This document shows positions 18,100 through 25,548 of a stretch of DNA of 55,308 nucleotides, one piece after another. The translations under genes were made by a program, and so were the position numbers. Numbering within the stretch: the stretch's first letter is position 1; each line of letters opens with the position of its first letter. Source of the DNA: a virus. A model generated the notes under the pieces. That model did not search any database. It was given only the letters and a program-made list of their open reading frames with translations, and was not told the DNA's origin. The stretch covers positions 1 through 55,308 of IMG/VR virus record IMGVR_UViG_3300045988_083838; one strand, 5' to 3'.

Positions 18100-18493
18100 A
18101 AGAAATGTATTTAATCTATCAACCGCTATTGATAAGTACAAAGAATCAAAAGATACCGAGAATGCGTTGAAAAAAGCAAATGATGAGCTTAATGCAACCA
18201 TTAAGAGTTATATGTATGAGCATGATATGGAATCCGCAAATTCAGAAAAATATGTGGCTACATTATCATGCACTAGAAAAGAAAGTCTTAATGAGGAGTT
18301 AGCTATTGAAATTATCAAAGAAAATCTCGAAGGTGCTTTGTTAGCATCTGTTATTAAACAAAAAGAATACATTGATGAAAATGCACTTGAAAAGCTTGTT
18401 TATAATGGTGATTTTGATATTAACAAATTGGCAAAAGCTAAAATCGTAAAACCGGTATATACACTGAGAGTAAATAAAAGGAAGGATGATTAA
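18092..18493 (+). CDS. Hypothetical coiled-coil protein (Gp157-like?)
   Basis: The ATG at 18092 follows aaggagg. The family assignment is only from recalled similarity. Confidence 0.5.
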   Translation: MSRRNVFNLSTAIDKYKESKDTENALKKANDELNATIKSYMYEHDMESANSEKYVATLSCTRKESLNEELAIEIIKENLEGALLASVIKQKEYIDENALEKLVYNGDFDINKLAKAKIVKPVYTLRVNKRKDD

Positions 18494-18494
18494 A

Positions 18495-18770
18495 ATGGAA
18501 TCATACAATGAAAATTGCATTGAATGGATTTCTGGTCAACATAGTATCACCTGTACATTCTCTCAGTTAAAATGGGTGAATAAAGTTAAACAGTTGCAGA
18601 AGAAACATCCTGACAAGGTTAAGATAGTAGCAGAAAATAAAGATGGAAGTATTGTTGCAAAAATGCCAATTAAGGCATTAAAGCTTTCTATAATTGAAAG
18701 AGAGTTAAGTGAGGAACAAAGACAAGAAATGTCACACAGACTTAAACAAAGAATATATAAGGAGGACTAA
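18495..18770 (+). CDS. Hypothetical protein
   Basis: I prefer the ATG at 18495 because of its spacing from ggaagg. Confidence 0.55.
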   Translation: MESYNENCIEWISGQHSITCTFSQLKWVNKVKQLQKKHPDKVKIVAENKDGSIVAKMPIKALKLSIIERELSEEQRQEMSHRLKQRIYKED

Positions 18771-18772
18771 CT

Positions 18773-19354
18773 ATGAAAAAATGTAAATGGGCTGGAGATG
18801 TAAATGATGAATATTGTAAGGGATGCGATGGAATCAACATGATAGTTGATGATAAGAGTGTACCTTGTACAGAATGTGCAGGCTATGAGGCTGGTGGGGA
18901 AGAAGTAGAGGAAATTACAAACAACAATTTTATGTCTGAACCGGAAGAGGAACTTCCATTTGAAGAAGAAAAGAAAACAGTTAAAGATAAAGCAAAAAAT
19001 ACGCAAAAATCAACGGAAACCAAAAAGAGTAACAACAATACTAAGAATAAAGAAAAAGCCGAAAATGGCGTAAAAAATGCTTCAACGTCTGTTAAAAAAG
19101 AAGTAACAAAAGTGAGTGAAGAAAAGAAATCTATTGAAACCACTAAAAATGTGGATGAAGGTATTAAGGTTACTTCACTTCGATACACTTCCGGAGCTAC
19201 AATCAAGAAAGGTGATAACTACTTCAAATTTATTGCAGAAGAGGAATGGGATGTATCCGGAATTGAAGATGTACAGGAAGCTAGAGAAAAGCTTTGGGCT
19301 AAACTAAATTCTGAAGTAGATTCTCAGATTGAAGAATTAAACAATATGAATTAA
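18773..19354 (+). CDS. Hypothetical protein with an N-terminal Cys-rich zinc-ribbon-like motif and a K/E-rich linker
   Basis: CKWAGD..YCKGCDG...VPCTECAG, followed by low-complexity KKE sequence. Confidence 0.6.
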   Translation: MKKCKWAGDVNDEYCKGCDGINMIVDDKSVPCTECAGYEAGGEEVEEITNNNFMSEPEEELPFEEEKKTVKDKAKNTQKSTETKKSNNNTKNKEKAENGVKNASTSVKKEVTKVSEEKKSIETTKNVDEGIKVTSLRYTSGATIKKGDNYFKFIAEEEWDVSGIEDVQEAREKLWAKLNSEVDSQIEELNNMN

Positions 19355-19363
19355 AAATATCTG

Positions 19364-19392
19364 TTGTAATTTTAATTAGGTTGTGTTATAAT
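19364..19392 (+). promoter_or_regulatory. Sigma-A-type promoter
   Basis: TTGTAA, 17 nt, TGtTATAAT. Confidence 0.7.
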
Positions 19393-19428
19393 ATTATTAC
19401 AGTTTGTAATGAACTGACAATATTATAT

Positions 19429-19538
19429 AGTTGATATTAGGTTGGCGGACTTAATATCTGCAAAACTTAATATCAACCATAAAATAATAAGTTATACATT
19501 TTGAACCGCCATTCAATTTGTATAACTTATTTTATTTT
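19429..19538 (+). repeat. Structured leader upstream of the initiator gene; origin or attenuator candidate
   Basis: A 10-bp inverted repeat (gttgatatta / taatatcaac). A direct repeat of acttaatatc, twice. A 12-bp stem hairpin (ataagttataca / tgtataacttat, 20-nt loop) followed by a T-rich tract. Confidence 0.5.
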
Positions 19539-19555
19539 AAAAAGGAGACTTGTAT

Positions 19556-20353
19556 ATGTCAGTTATAAGAGTGGAAAAAACAAAAAATTATACAGTTATG
19601 AGCAACTATCATTTTAAAGAAAAAGCTATGTCTTTAAAAGCTAAAGGATTATTATCCCTGATGTTATCATTGCCGGATAATTGGAATTATTCAGTTGCAG
19701 GATTAGTTGCAATATGCAAAGAAAATGAAACGGCTATAAAGTCAACATTAAAAGAGTTGCAAGAGTTTGGGTATGTTAGCATTGAAAAAATAATGCCAGA
19801 TAAAACAGAATCTGGTCGAATTGAATATATTTATAATATTTTTGAAAAACCAAAACAAGAGGGTAAAAAACAAGGTGTAGAAAATCTAACCCTAGAAATT
19901 CAACGTGTAGAAAATCAAGTACAATTAAATACTAATAAAATAAATACTAAAGAAAAGAAAAAAAATAATACAAAAAAAGATTTTTCAAACCTTGTTATAG
20001 AAATTTGTCTAAAGAATGATATAGAAGATGATAAGAGTATAGAACTTATAGAGAATTTTTTAAATGAAATGAAAATAAAAACAAAAGGAAGTATTGAGGC
20101 TAATATAGCAAAAATAGCAGGTAAATCAAGAGAAGTTATAGAGAAGTGTATCAAGACAAGTTATGAAAGAAACTATAAGTATATAACACCTCCGGAATGG
20201 CTACAGAACAAGAACACGTCATATAATGGAACTGGTAAATGTTCAAAAGAACTAGCTTGGAGAACACATGAAGAAATGGAAGAAGCAGAAAAAGAAAGAC
20301 AAGAATTTTTTGAAAAAGTAAGAAACAATGATCCATCAATACATCATTTTTAA
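19556..20353 (+). CDS. Replication initiator / replisome organiser (winged-helix, DnaD-like, candidate)
   Basis: The N-terminus (YTVMSNYHFKEKAMSLKAKGLLSLMLSLPDNWNYSVAGL) is typical of Firmicutes phage and plasmid initiator N-terminal domains. It lies upstream of the loader and helicase. Confidence 0.55.
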   Translation: MSVIRVEKTKNYTVMSNYHFKEKAMSLKAKGLLSLMLSLPDNWNYSVAGLVAICKENETAIKSTLKELQEFGYVSIEKIMPDKTESGRIEYIYNIFEKPKQEGKKQGVENLTLEIQRVENQVQLNTNKINTKEKKKNNTKKDFSNLVIEICLKNDIEDDKSIELIENFLNEMKIKTKGSIEANIAKIAGKSREVIEKCIKTSYERNYKYITPPEWLQNKNTSYNGTGKCSKELAWRTHEEMEEAEKERQEFFEKVRNNDPSIHHF

Positions 20354-20367
20354 AGGAGGTATATAAA

Positions 20368-20715
20368 ATGGCATATACGGCTGGATATAAAAAGAAAGAT
20401 GAACAGTATTTAAAAGATTTGGTTCTTTTATCTATACCGGATAGACCTTGTAATATATCATCTCGTAAAATAGCCCAGAATACAGGTATTAAAGATCGGG
20501 ATGTTCGCTACATAGTGCAGAAATTAAGAGACGATGGATATCCAATATGTGCAACTCCAGACAAGGGATATTGGTCGGCACAAGCCAGTTGGGAATTGAA
20601 CGAAACAATTAATAAATTAAAATCCCATATTGATAATTGTTCTGCAACTTATCATTCATTATTAGAGTGTAGGGAAAGAATGAAAGAAAAGGAGAATATC
20701 AGTGACGATAAATGA
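20368..20715 (+). CDS. Winged-helix DNA-binding protein (candidate)
   Basis: SSRKIAQNTGIKDRDVRYIVQKLRDDGYPIC, 115 aa. Confidence 0.5.
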   Translation: MAYTAGYKKKDEQYLKDLVLLSIPDRPCNISSRKIAQNTGIKDRDVRYIVQKLRDDGYPICATPDKGYWSAQASWELNETINKLKSHIDNCSATYHSLLECRERMKEKENISDDK

Positions 20716-21364
20716 TTGTTGGTACAAAAGAATTTGTACTGAAAAATGCACAGAAAACTGTATACGCTATAAACTGATGTATTCATTATTCAAGCAATCT
20801 AATCTCCCAGAAGCTTTGTGGAATTACAAATCTTTGACGTGTAAGGATAAAGACTATCAAGCTTTTAAAGAACTACAAGCAAAATCAGACTCAATTTTGA
20901 ATTTTATTGGAGCAGGTAATAACTTATACATCTATTCAGAAAACTGCGGAAATGGCAAGACAACATGGACTATTAGATTGATGTATTCATACTTTGATAA
21001 GATATGGCATAAGTCTTGTTTTGAATGCAAAGCATTGTTTGTAAGCGTTCCTAAATTTTTATATAATTGTAAGCGTTCAATTTCACAGGATGTAAAAGGC
21101 TTTGAAGAGTTGTGCAATCTTATAAGTGAGGTTGATCTTGTTATATGGGATGATATCGGAGAAATGAAAGCAAGTGACTATGAGCATCAGATATTATTCC
21201 AGTACATTGATGATAGAATCAATTCAAAGAAAAGCAATATCTACACAAGTAATAAGAACAAAGAACAGCTTGAAGATGTGCTGGGCGTAAGACTTGCAAG
21301 CAGGATTTATAATTGTTCTGAGTGTATAGAATTTGTAGAAGAAGATAAGCGAGGTAAATACTGA
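20702..21364 (+). CDS. DnaC/DnaI-like helicase loader (AAA+)
   Basis: Walker A (SENCGNGKTT) and Walker B (DLVIWDDIGE). GTG start after aaggag. Confidence 0.7.
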   Translation: MTINDCWYKRICTEKCTENCIRYKLMYSLFKQSNLPEALWNYKSLTCKDKDYQAFKELQAKSDSILNFIGAGNNLYIYSENCGNGKTTWTIRLMYSYFDKIWHKSCFECKALFVSVPKFLYNCKRSISQDVKGFEELCNLISEVDLVIWDDIGEMKASDYEHQILFQYIDDRINSKKSNIYTSNKNKEQLEDVLGVRLASRIYNCSECIEFVEEDKRGKY

Positions 21365-21507
21365 TGAGATTTATTCATAGATTTAAGACTTGGAATGTGT
21401 GGAGAAAAAATAGTGAAGATCATGTATTCACAAAAATTCTTGTATTATTCAATATAATACACGCCCCAACTTTTGAAATATTTGAAAGAGATTGTGGGGT
21501 GGATTGA
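21364..21507 (+). CDS. Small hypothetical protein (47 aa, not in ORF track)
   Basis: The start overlaps the upstream stop by one base (cTGATGaga), and its stop overlaps the dnaB-like start (TGATG). Confidence 0.45.
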   Translation: MRFIHRFKTWNVWRKNSEDHVFTKILVLFNIIHAPTFEIFERDCGVD

Positions 21508-22778
21508 TGGTAGAATTACAGATAATTAATAAAATTCTAAAGGACAAAAATACTTCTCTTTTAGATTTGAACGACATCACAAGAGACTATTTCAATCAGT
21601 ATCAAGAAGAATATGACTACATTATGGAACATAAGAACGAATATGGAAATGTACCGGATTTGGAAACATTTATAGCAAAGTTTCAAGACTTTGATGTAGT
21701 CAATGTATCTGAAAGCACAGAATATCTTGTAAATACATTTAGAGAAGAATATTTGTATTCTCAGTCGGTTCCAGTTCTTACAAAGATGGCAGAACTATTA
21801 CAGACGGATGCATATTCTGCAGTTGATTATCTTAAATCAAAATTGCCAGAATTAAAGATTGATGGAGCAGTAAAAGGAACGGATATTATTTCACAAGCAA
21901 AAGAAAGATTGGAAGAGTGGAAAGAAACAAAAGACAATCAAGATACACATTTCATAGCAAGTGGTTTTGAGGAGATAGATACAGACCTAGGTGGTTGGCA
22001 TAAAGGTGAGGAACTTGTAGTTTTATTCGCAAGAACCGGGCAAGGAAAATCTTGGGTGCTTATAAAGATGTTAGAACACGCATGGAAAGTATACCATGCA
22101 AGAGTAGGACTTTTAGAACCTGAAATGTCAGCAAGTAAAACAGGATATAGATTCGATACAGTACATCAACATATATCTTCACAAGCATTATATCGTGGGG
22201 AAGATGTGCAAGGTTATGAGAAATATATAAATAAGTTAGCTGATAATGGAACACCATTTTATGTTGCACATCCACGAGATTTTCAAAAGAAAGTAACAGT
22301 ATCAAAGCTAAAAAGCTGGTGCGAAAGCAACAAATTGGATATGCTCGCAATAGACGGTATCTCTTATTTGCATGATGAACGAGGAAAAAGAGGCGATAAT
22401 AAGACAACACAGTTGACGAACATCTCCGAAGATTTAATGCAATTGAGCATTGACTTAAAAATCCCAGTGCTAGTAGTTGTTCAGTCAAACAGAGAAGGAA
22501 CAATAAATGAAGATTTACAGCTTGAAAACATAAGGGATTCCGATGGAATTGCTTATAACGCTTCAATCGTTCTTTCAATTCAACAAAAAGAAGAAGGCTT
22601 GCAAATACAAGATGTAAAGGCAAGAAATTCAAAAGTAGGAATAAAATGGGTTTATGCGTGGGACACAGATAGAGGAACATTTGACTATATCCCACAACCT
22701 GCAAAAGGAAAGGATGATGAAGAAAAAAGCGAAGATTTAAGACGTAGATATCATGATAGAGAGGAAGATGAATATTAA
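21507..22778 (+). CDS. dnaB: Replicative DNA helicase (DnaB family)
   Basis: Walker A (ARTGQGKS), a RecA-like C-terminal domain (LAIDGISYL, VVQSNRE), and the ATG after ggggtgga. Confidence 0.85.
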   Translation: MVELQIINKILKDKNTSLLDLNDITRDYFNQYQEEYDYIMEHKNEYGNVPDLETFIAKFQDFDVVNVSESTEYLVNTFREEYLYSQSVPVLTKMAELLQTDAYSAVDYLKSKLPELKIDGAVKGTDIISQAKERLEEWKETKDNQDTHFIASGFEEIDTDLGGWHKGEELVVLFARTGQGKSWVLIKMLEHAWKVYHARVGLLEPEMSASKTGYRFDTVHQHISSQALYRGEDVQGYEKYINKLADNGTPFYVAHPRDFQKKVTVSKLKSWCESNKLDMLAIDGISYLHDERGKRGDNKTTQLTNISEDLMQLSIDLKIPVLVVVQSNREGTINEDLQLENIRDSDGIAYNASIVLSIQQKEEGLQIQDVKARNSKVGIKWVYAWDTDRGTFDYIPQPAKGKDDEEKSEDLRRRYHDREEDEY

Positions 22779-23069
22779 ATGATATTTGTAATTGATAATT
22801 TAAAATACGATACAGATAAAATGGAACTGATTTCTGAAAACTGCCAATACGTTTACACTTGGGTATTCACATTAACAAATACAAAAATGAGTAGCTATGG
22901 AAAAGATGTTAAACTGTGGAGAAGCAAAAAAGGAAATTGGTTATTAACATATCGTACAGATTATGGTTCAAAAGGAGTCAAACTACTTGAAAAGGATGTT
23001 AAAAAGCTGTTGTTAGATTATGATTTGTCAAAGTACGAAGAACTGTTTGGAGAGCTTGAGGAGGCATAA
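22779..23069 (+). CDS. Hypothetical protein
   Basis: 96-aa ORF that starts immediately after the helicase stop. Confidence 0.55.
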   Translation: MIFVIDNLKYDTDKMELISENCQYVYTWVFTLTNTKMSSYGKDVKLWRSKKGNWLLTYRTDYGSKGVKLLEKDVKKLLLDYDLSKYEELFGELEEA

Positions 23070-23072
23070 ACT

Positions 23073-24128
23073 TTGATAAAACTACAAGATACAATTATAC
23101 AAACTGATACTCAATCTGTCCTGGATATGCTTAAATTTGACCTAGCCCAACATGGAATAGACAGATTTCATATATTTAGAAATAATGGAGAAAATATCCA
23201 AACCAACTGTCCTTTCCACAAGAACGGACAAGAACGCAAGCCGTCCTTCGGAGTAAATGGTGAGATTGATAAATGTCATTGCTTTGCCTGCGGATGGAGT
23301 GGTACTATTGAAGAAATGGTATCAGAGTTATTTGGATATGTAGATGAAGGTAAGTTTGGAAAAAGATGGCTTATAAAAAGATTCAATACAGTTGAAATTG
23401 AAACAAGACCAAATATAATGGAGGGATTTAATGCAAGGAAAATCAATTTATCCAGAGGAATTTATAGAAGCACTAAAACAACATCAAAAGGAAAATCCGG
23501 AGAAATGGGAGAAGTTGCACAAGGAAATGGAGATGAAAAGAGCGGAGTCTTGGAAGAAAGAGATAAAACAGTCCTTACTGAAATTACAGAAGAAGAATTA
23601 GATAAATATAGATATATTCATCCTTATATGTATGAAAGAGGATTGACTGATGAAATTATAGAAAGGTTTGATATAGGATATGACAGAGAACGAAAAGAAA
23701 TTACTTTCCCAGTTAGAGACATTGAAGGAAGATGTGTATTTGTTGCAGGAAGAAGCGTCAAAAGCAAATTTTTCCGCTTGCCAAAAGGAATGGATAAACC
23801 AGTATATCAAGCATATAAATTTACAACTGGCAAATATAAAGAGTGCTATTTGGTAGAATCATTCTTGAATTGTTTAACTTGCTGGAAATATGGGAAGCCT
23901 GCTATGGCTATGATAGGCACCGGAAATAGAAAGCAATATGAAATATTGAATAAATTACCTGTCAGGGAATATATTCTTGCATTTGACCCAGACGAAGCAG
24001 GAAGAAAAGCAACAGAAAGATTTAGAAAGAACGTACATGGAAAGATTATAAAAGAACTTGTATATCCAGATAATCGTGATATAAATGATTTGCAAGAAGA
24101 ATTTTTAAATTGCAAAATTATTTTTTAA
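23073..24128 (+). CDS. dnaG: DNA primase (DnaG-like, CHC2 zinc finger plus TOPRIM)
   Basis: CPFHKNGQERKPSFGV...CHCFACGWSG, and TOPRIM motifs (VESFLNCLT, AFDPDEAG). TTG start. Confidence 0.85.
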   Translation: MIKLQDTIIQTDTQSVLDMLKFDLAQHGIDRFHIFRNNGENIQTNCPFHKNGQERKPSFGVNGEIDKCHCFACGWSGTIEEMVSELFGYVDEGKFGKRWLIKRFNTVEIETRPNIMEGFNARKINLSRGIYRSTKTTSKGKSGEMGEVAQGNGDEKSGVLEERDKTVLTEITEEELDKYRYIHPYMYERGLTDEIIERFDIGYDRERKEITFPVRDIEGRCVFVAGRSVKSKFFRLPKGMDKPVYQAYKFTTGKYKECYLVESFLNCLTCWKYGKPAMAMIGTGNRKQYEILNKLPVREYILAFDPDEAGRKATERFRKNVHGKIIKELVYPDNRDINDLQEEFLNCKIIF

Positions 24129-24131
24129 AAA

Positions 24132-24187
24132 TTTTCAAAAATCACTTGCATTTTACCTTTTTATGTGTTACAATATATACATAATAA
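24132..24187 (+). promoter_or_regulatory. Conserved 56-nt promoter cassette, copy A
   Basis: ttttcaaaaatcacTTGCAT, 17 nt, TGtTACAATatatacataataa (-35 at 24146-24151, -10 at 24169-24174). It is identical to 39761-39816 and 45735-45790. Confidence 0.85.
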
Positions 24188-24217
24188 AAAAAATAAGTAA
24201 TACATAGAAAGGTACAG

Positions 24218-24412
24218 GTGATTGATATGAGAGGTAATCCTGGACAGATTGGAAATAATTTTGTTGGAATGATTGTAAAGAAAGGAAATAAATTATATGA
24301 AGTTGTAAGTGAGAACGGACAACCGTATGAGACAGCTTTCACCCTTAGAAATATTGAAAACAATGAACTTATAAAATGTGGAAGGAATAAATTTACAATA
24401 CCAAGAAAATAA
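24218..24412 (+). CDS. Small hypothetical protein
   Basis: 64-aa ORF with RBS acaggtga. Confidence 0.5.
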   Translation: MIDMRGNPGQIGNNFVGMIVKKGNKLYEVVSENGQPYETAFTLRNIENNELIKCGRNKFTIPRK

Positions 24413-24454
24413 CAACTTGTGAAGCGATAACACATATAAACACTAAACTAATAT

Positions 24455-24582
24455 GGGATAGTATGCAAATTGGAAAGCGGGCCATATTATTGGACTGACA
24501 CTAATTCGAATGAGAAGTTGTTTAATTCTAGATAATAACAATTAGGCTCTAGTGTGTGAGGGTTCGAATCCCTTCTATCCCA
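24455..24582 (+). ncRNA. Non-canonical 128-nt tRNA-like element (no assignable anticodon)
   Basis: Perfect 7-bp acceptor stem (gggatag / ctatccc). U8, and a D-arm with GG at positions 18-19. T-arm is gaggg-TTCGAAT-ccctt. The anticodon arm is poor (GGCCA-tattat-TGGAC), and a roughly 58-nt hairpin sits in the variable-arm position. Confidence 0.45.
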
Positions 24583-24872
24583 AGCGAGGTATGACGGACT
24601 ACCTTATATCCAAGTAATTAGTAAGAACAGTAAATGAACCTAGGATAGTCTACTTAGTATGAAAATTATAGCTCCGATCGTAATCTATATTAGAGAAATT
24701 ATGAAATCAAAGCATTCGAGAAGAATGCAAACTCGACATTATGAAGAAATCTTAAACGTGATAAAAACGGCTTCTAAAGGTATACCAACAAACACCATCT
24801 ATAATGTGAAGGATGGCATAAATGTTGCTTTGATTGCAATTTCATAAAAGTACCTAATATAGATTATATCAT

Positions 24873-24944
24873 AGCCCTATCGTCAAAAGGTAAGGCACAG
24901 GAATTTGACTCCTGTATTTGTTGGTTCGAATCCAACTAGGGCTG
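24873..24944 (+). tRNA. tRNA-Gln (anticodon TTG)
   Basis: Hand-folded cloverleaf: acceptor agcccta / tagggct, anticodon stem cagga / tcctg, loop aTTTGac, T-arm gttgg-TTCGAAT-ccaac. 72 nt. Confidence 0.85.
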
Positions 24945-25012
24945 TTAATGGTGTGGATAGCACCTAAGGTTGATTCCGAATCCGTTATGCTATCATAACT
25001 CACGCCATTTAA

Positions 25013-25085
25013 GGACATATAGTTCAATGGTTAGAGCAACCGCCTCATAAGCGGTAAGTTGTAGGTTCAAGTCCTACTATGTCCA
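25013..25085 (+). tRNA. tRNA-Met (anticodon CAT; elongator type, or Ile2 if lysidinylated)
   Basis: Acceptor ggacata / tatgtcc, D-arm gttc-aatggtta-gagc, anticodon stem accgc / gcggt, loop ctCATaa, T-arm gtagg-TTCAAGT-cctac. Confidence 0.9.
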
Positions 25086-25176
25086 TAATCCTGGCAGACA
25101 AAAAGATAAAAGCAACACTACGGAAAAATGGGTTGATTGGGATATGACAGAAATAATGCTGGGAATACTGTCAAAT

Positions 25177-25248
25177 GGAAAAGTTAGTATAAATGGCAAG
25201 TGCATGTATCAGCTGGCAAGGCAGAGGTTCGATTCCTCTACTTTTCCA
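25177..25248 (+). ncRNA. tRNA-like acceptor/T-arm minihelix without a foldable anticodon arm (pseudo-tRNA?)
   Basis: Acceptor ggaaaag / cttttcc, extendable to 11 bp (aatggaaaagt / acttttccatt). Canonical T-arm agagg-TTCGATT-cctct. I could not fold the internal 38 nt into D and anticodon arms. Confidence 0.4.
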
Positions 25249-25252
25249 TTAA

Positions 25253-25326
25253 GGAAGATTAGTTCAGCGGGCGAGAATATCCGGCTAATAACCGGAAAGC
25301 CGTAGGTTTGAATCCTACATCTTCCA
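25253..25326 (+). tRNA. tRNA with anticodon AAT (nominally Ile; unusual A34)
   Basis: Clean cloverleaf: acceptor ggaagat / atcttcc, D-arm gttc-agcgggcga-gaat, anticodon stem tccgg / ccgga, loop ctAATaa, T-arm gtagg-TTTGAAT-cctac. 74 nt. Confidence 0.8.
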
Positions 25327-25548
25327 CTCGTAGAATATACCTTCTACTAAAAGTCAACTTGTTTATTCTTTTCTTAATGACTCAAAATTAAAGAAAAAGG
25401 ACGTTATGAATGCAAAGCCGGTTTTTCGATAAAATCCTTAGAAGTTGGAAGATAGATAGTATATGTTAATGGGTCTATCATGGTCGTTCTGTGGTTGTTC
25501 GATCAAAAACTAAAACAACTAACACCAATAAGAAAGGAAAAAGAAAGT

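Noticed and set aside
24659-24847. A 62-aa ORF inside the tRNA block.
   Set aside because: It has no Shine-Dalgarno sequence, lies among RNA genes, and has an unremarkable basic sequence. It is more likely non-coding spacer.
24949-25008. A possible tRNA between tRNA-Gln and tRNA-Met (acceptor-like pairing tggtgtg / cacgcca).
   Set aside because: It is only 59 nt with no T-arm next to the 3' acceptor strand. It folds instead as a gatagc/gctatc hairpin. I treat it as structured spacer or a tRNA remnant, not a gene.
25480-25548. The upstream extension of the SSB-like ORF (track start at 25480).
   Set aside because: There is no RBS at 25480. The ATG at 25549 is preceded by aaggaaaaag, and the extension is hydrophobic, junk-like sequence.
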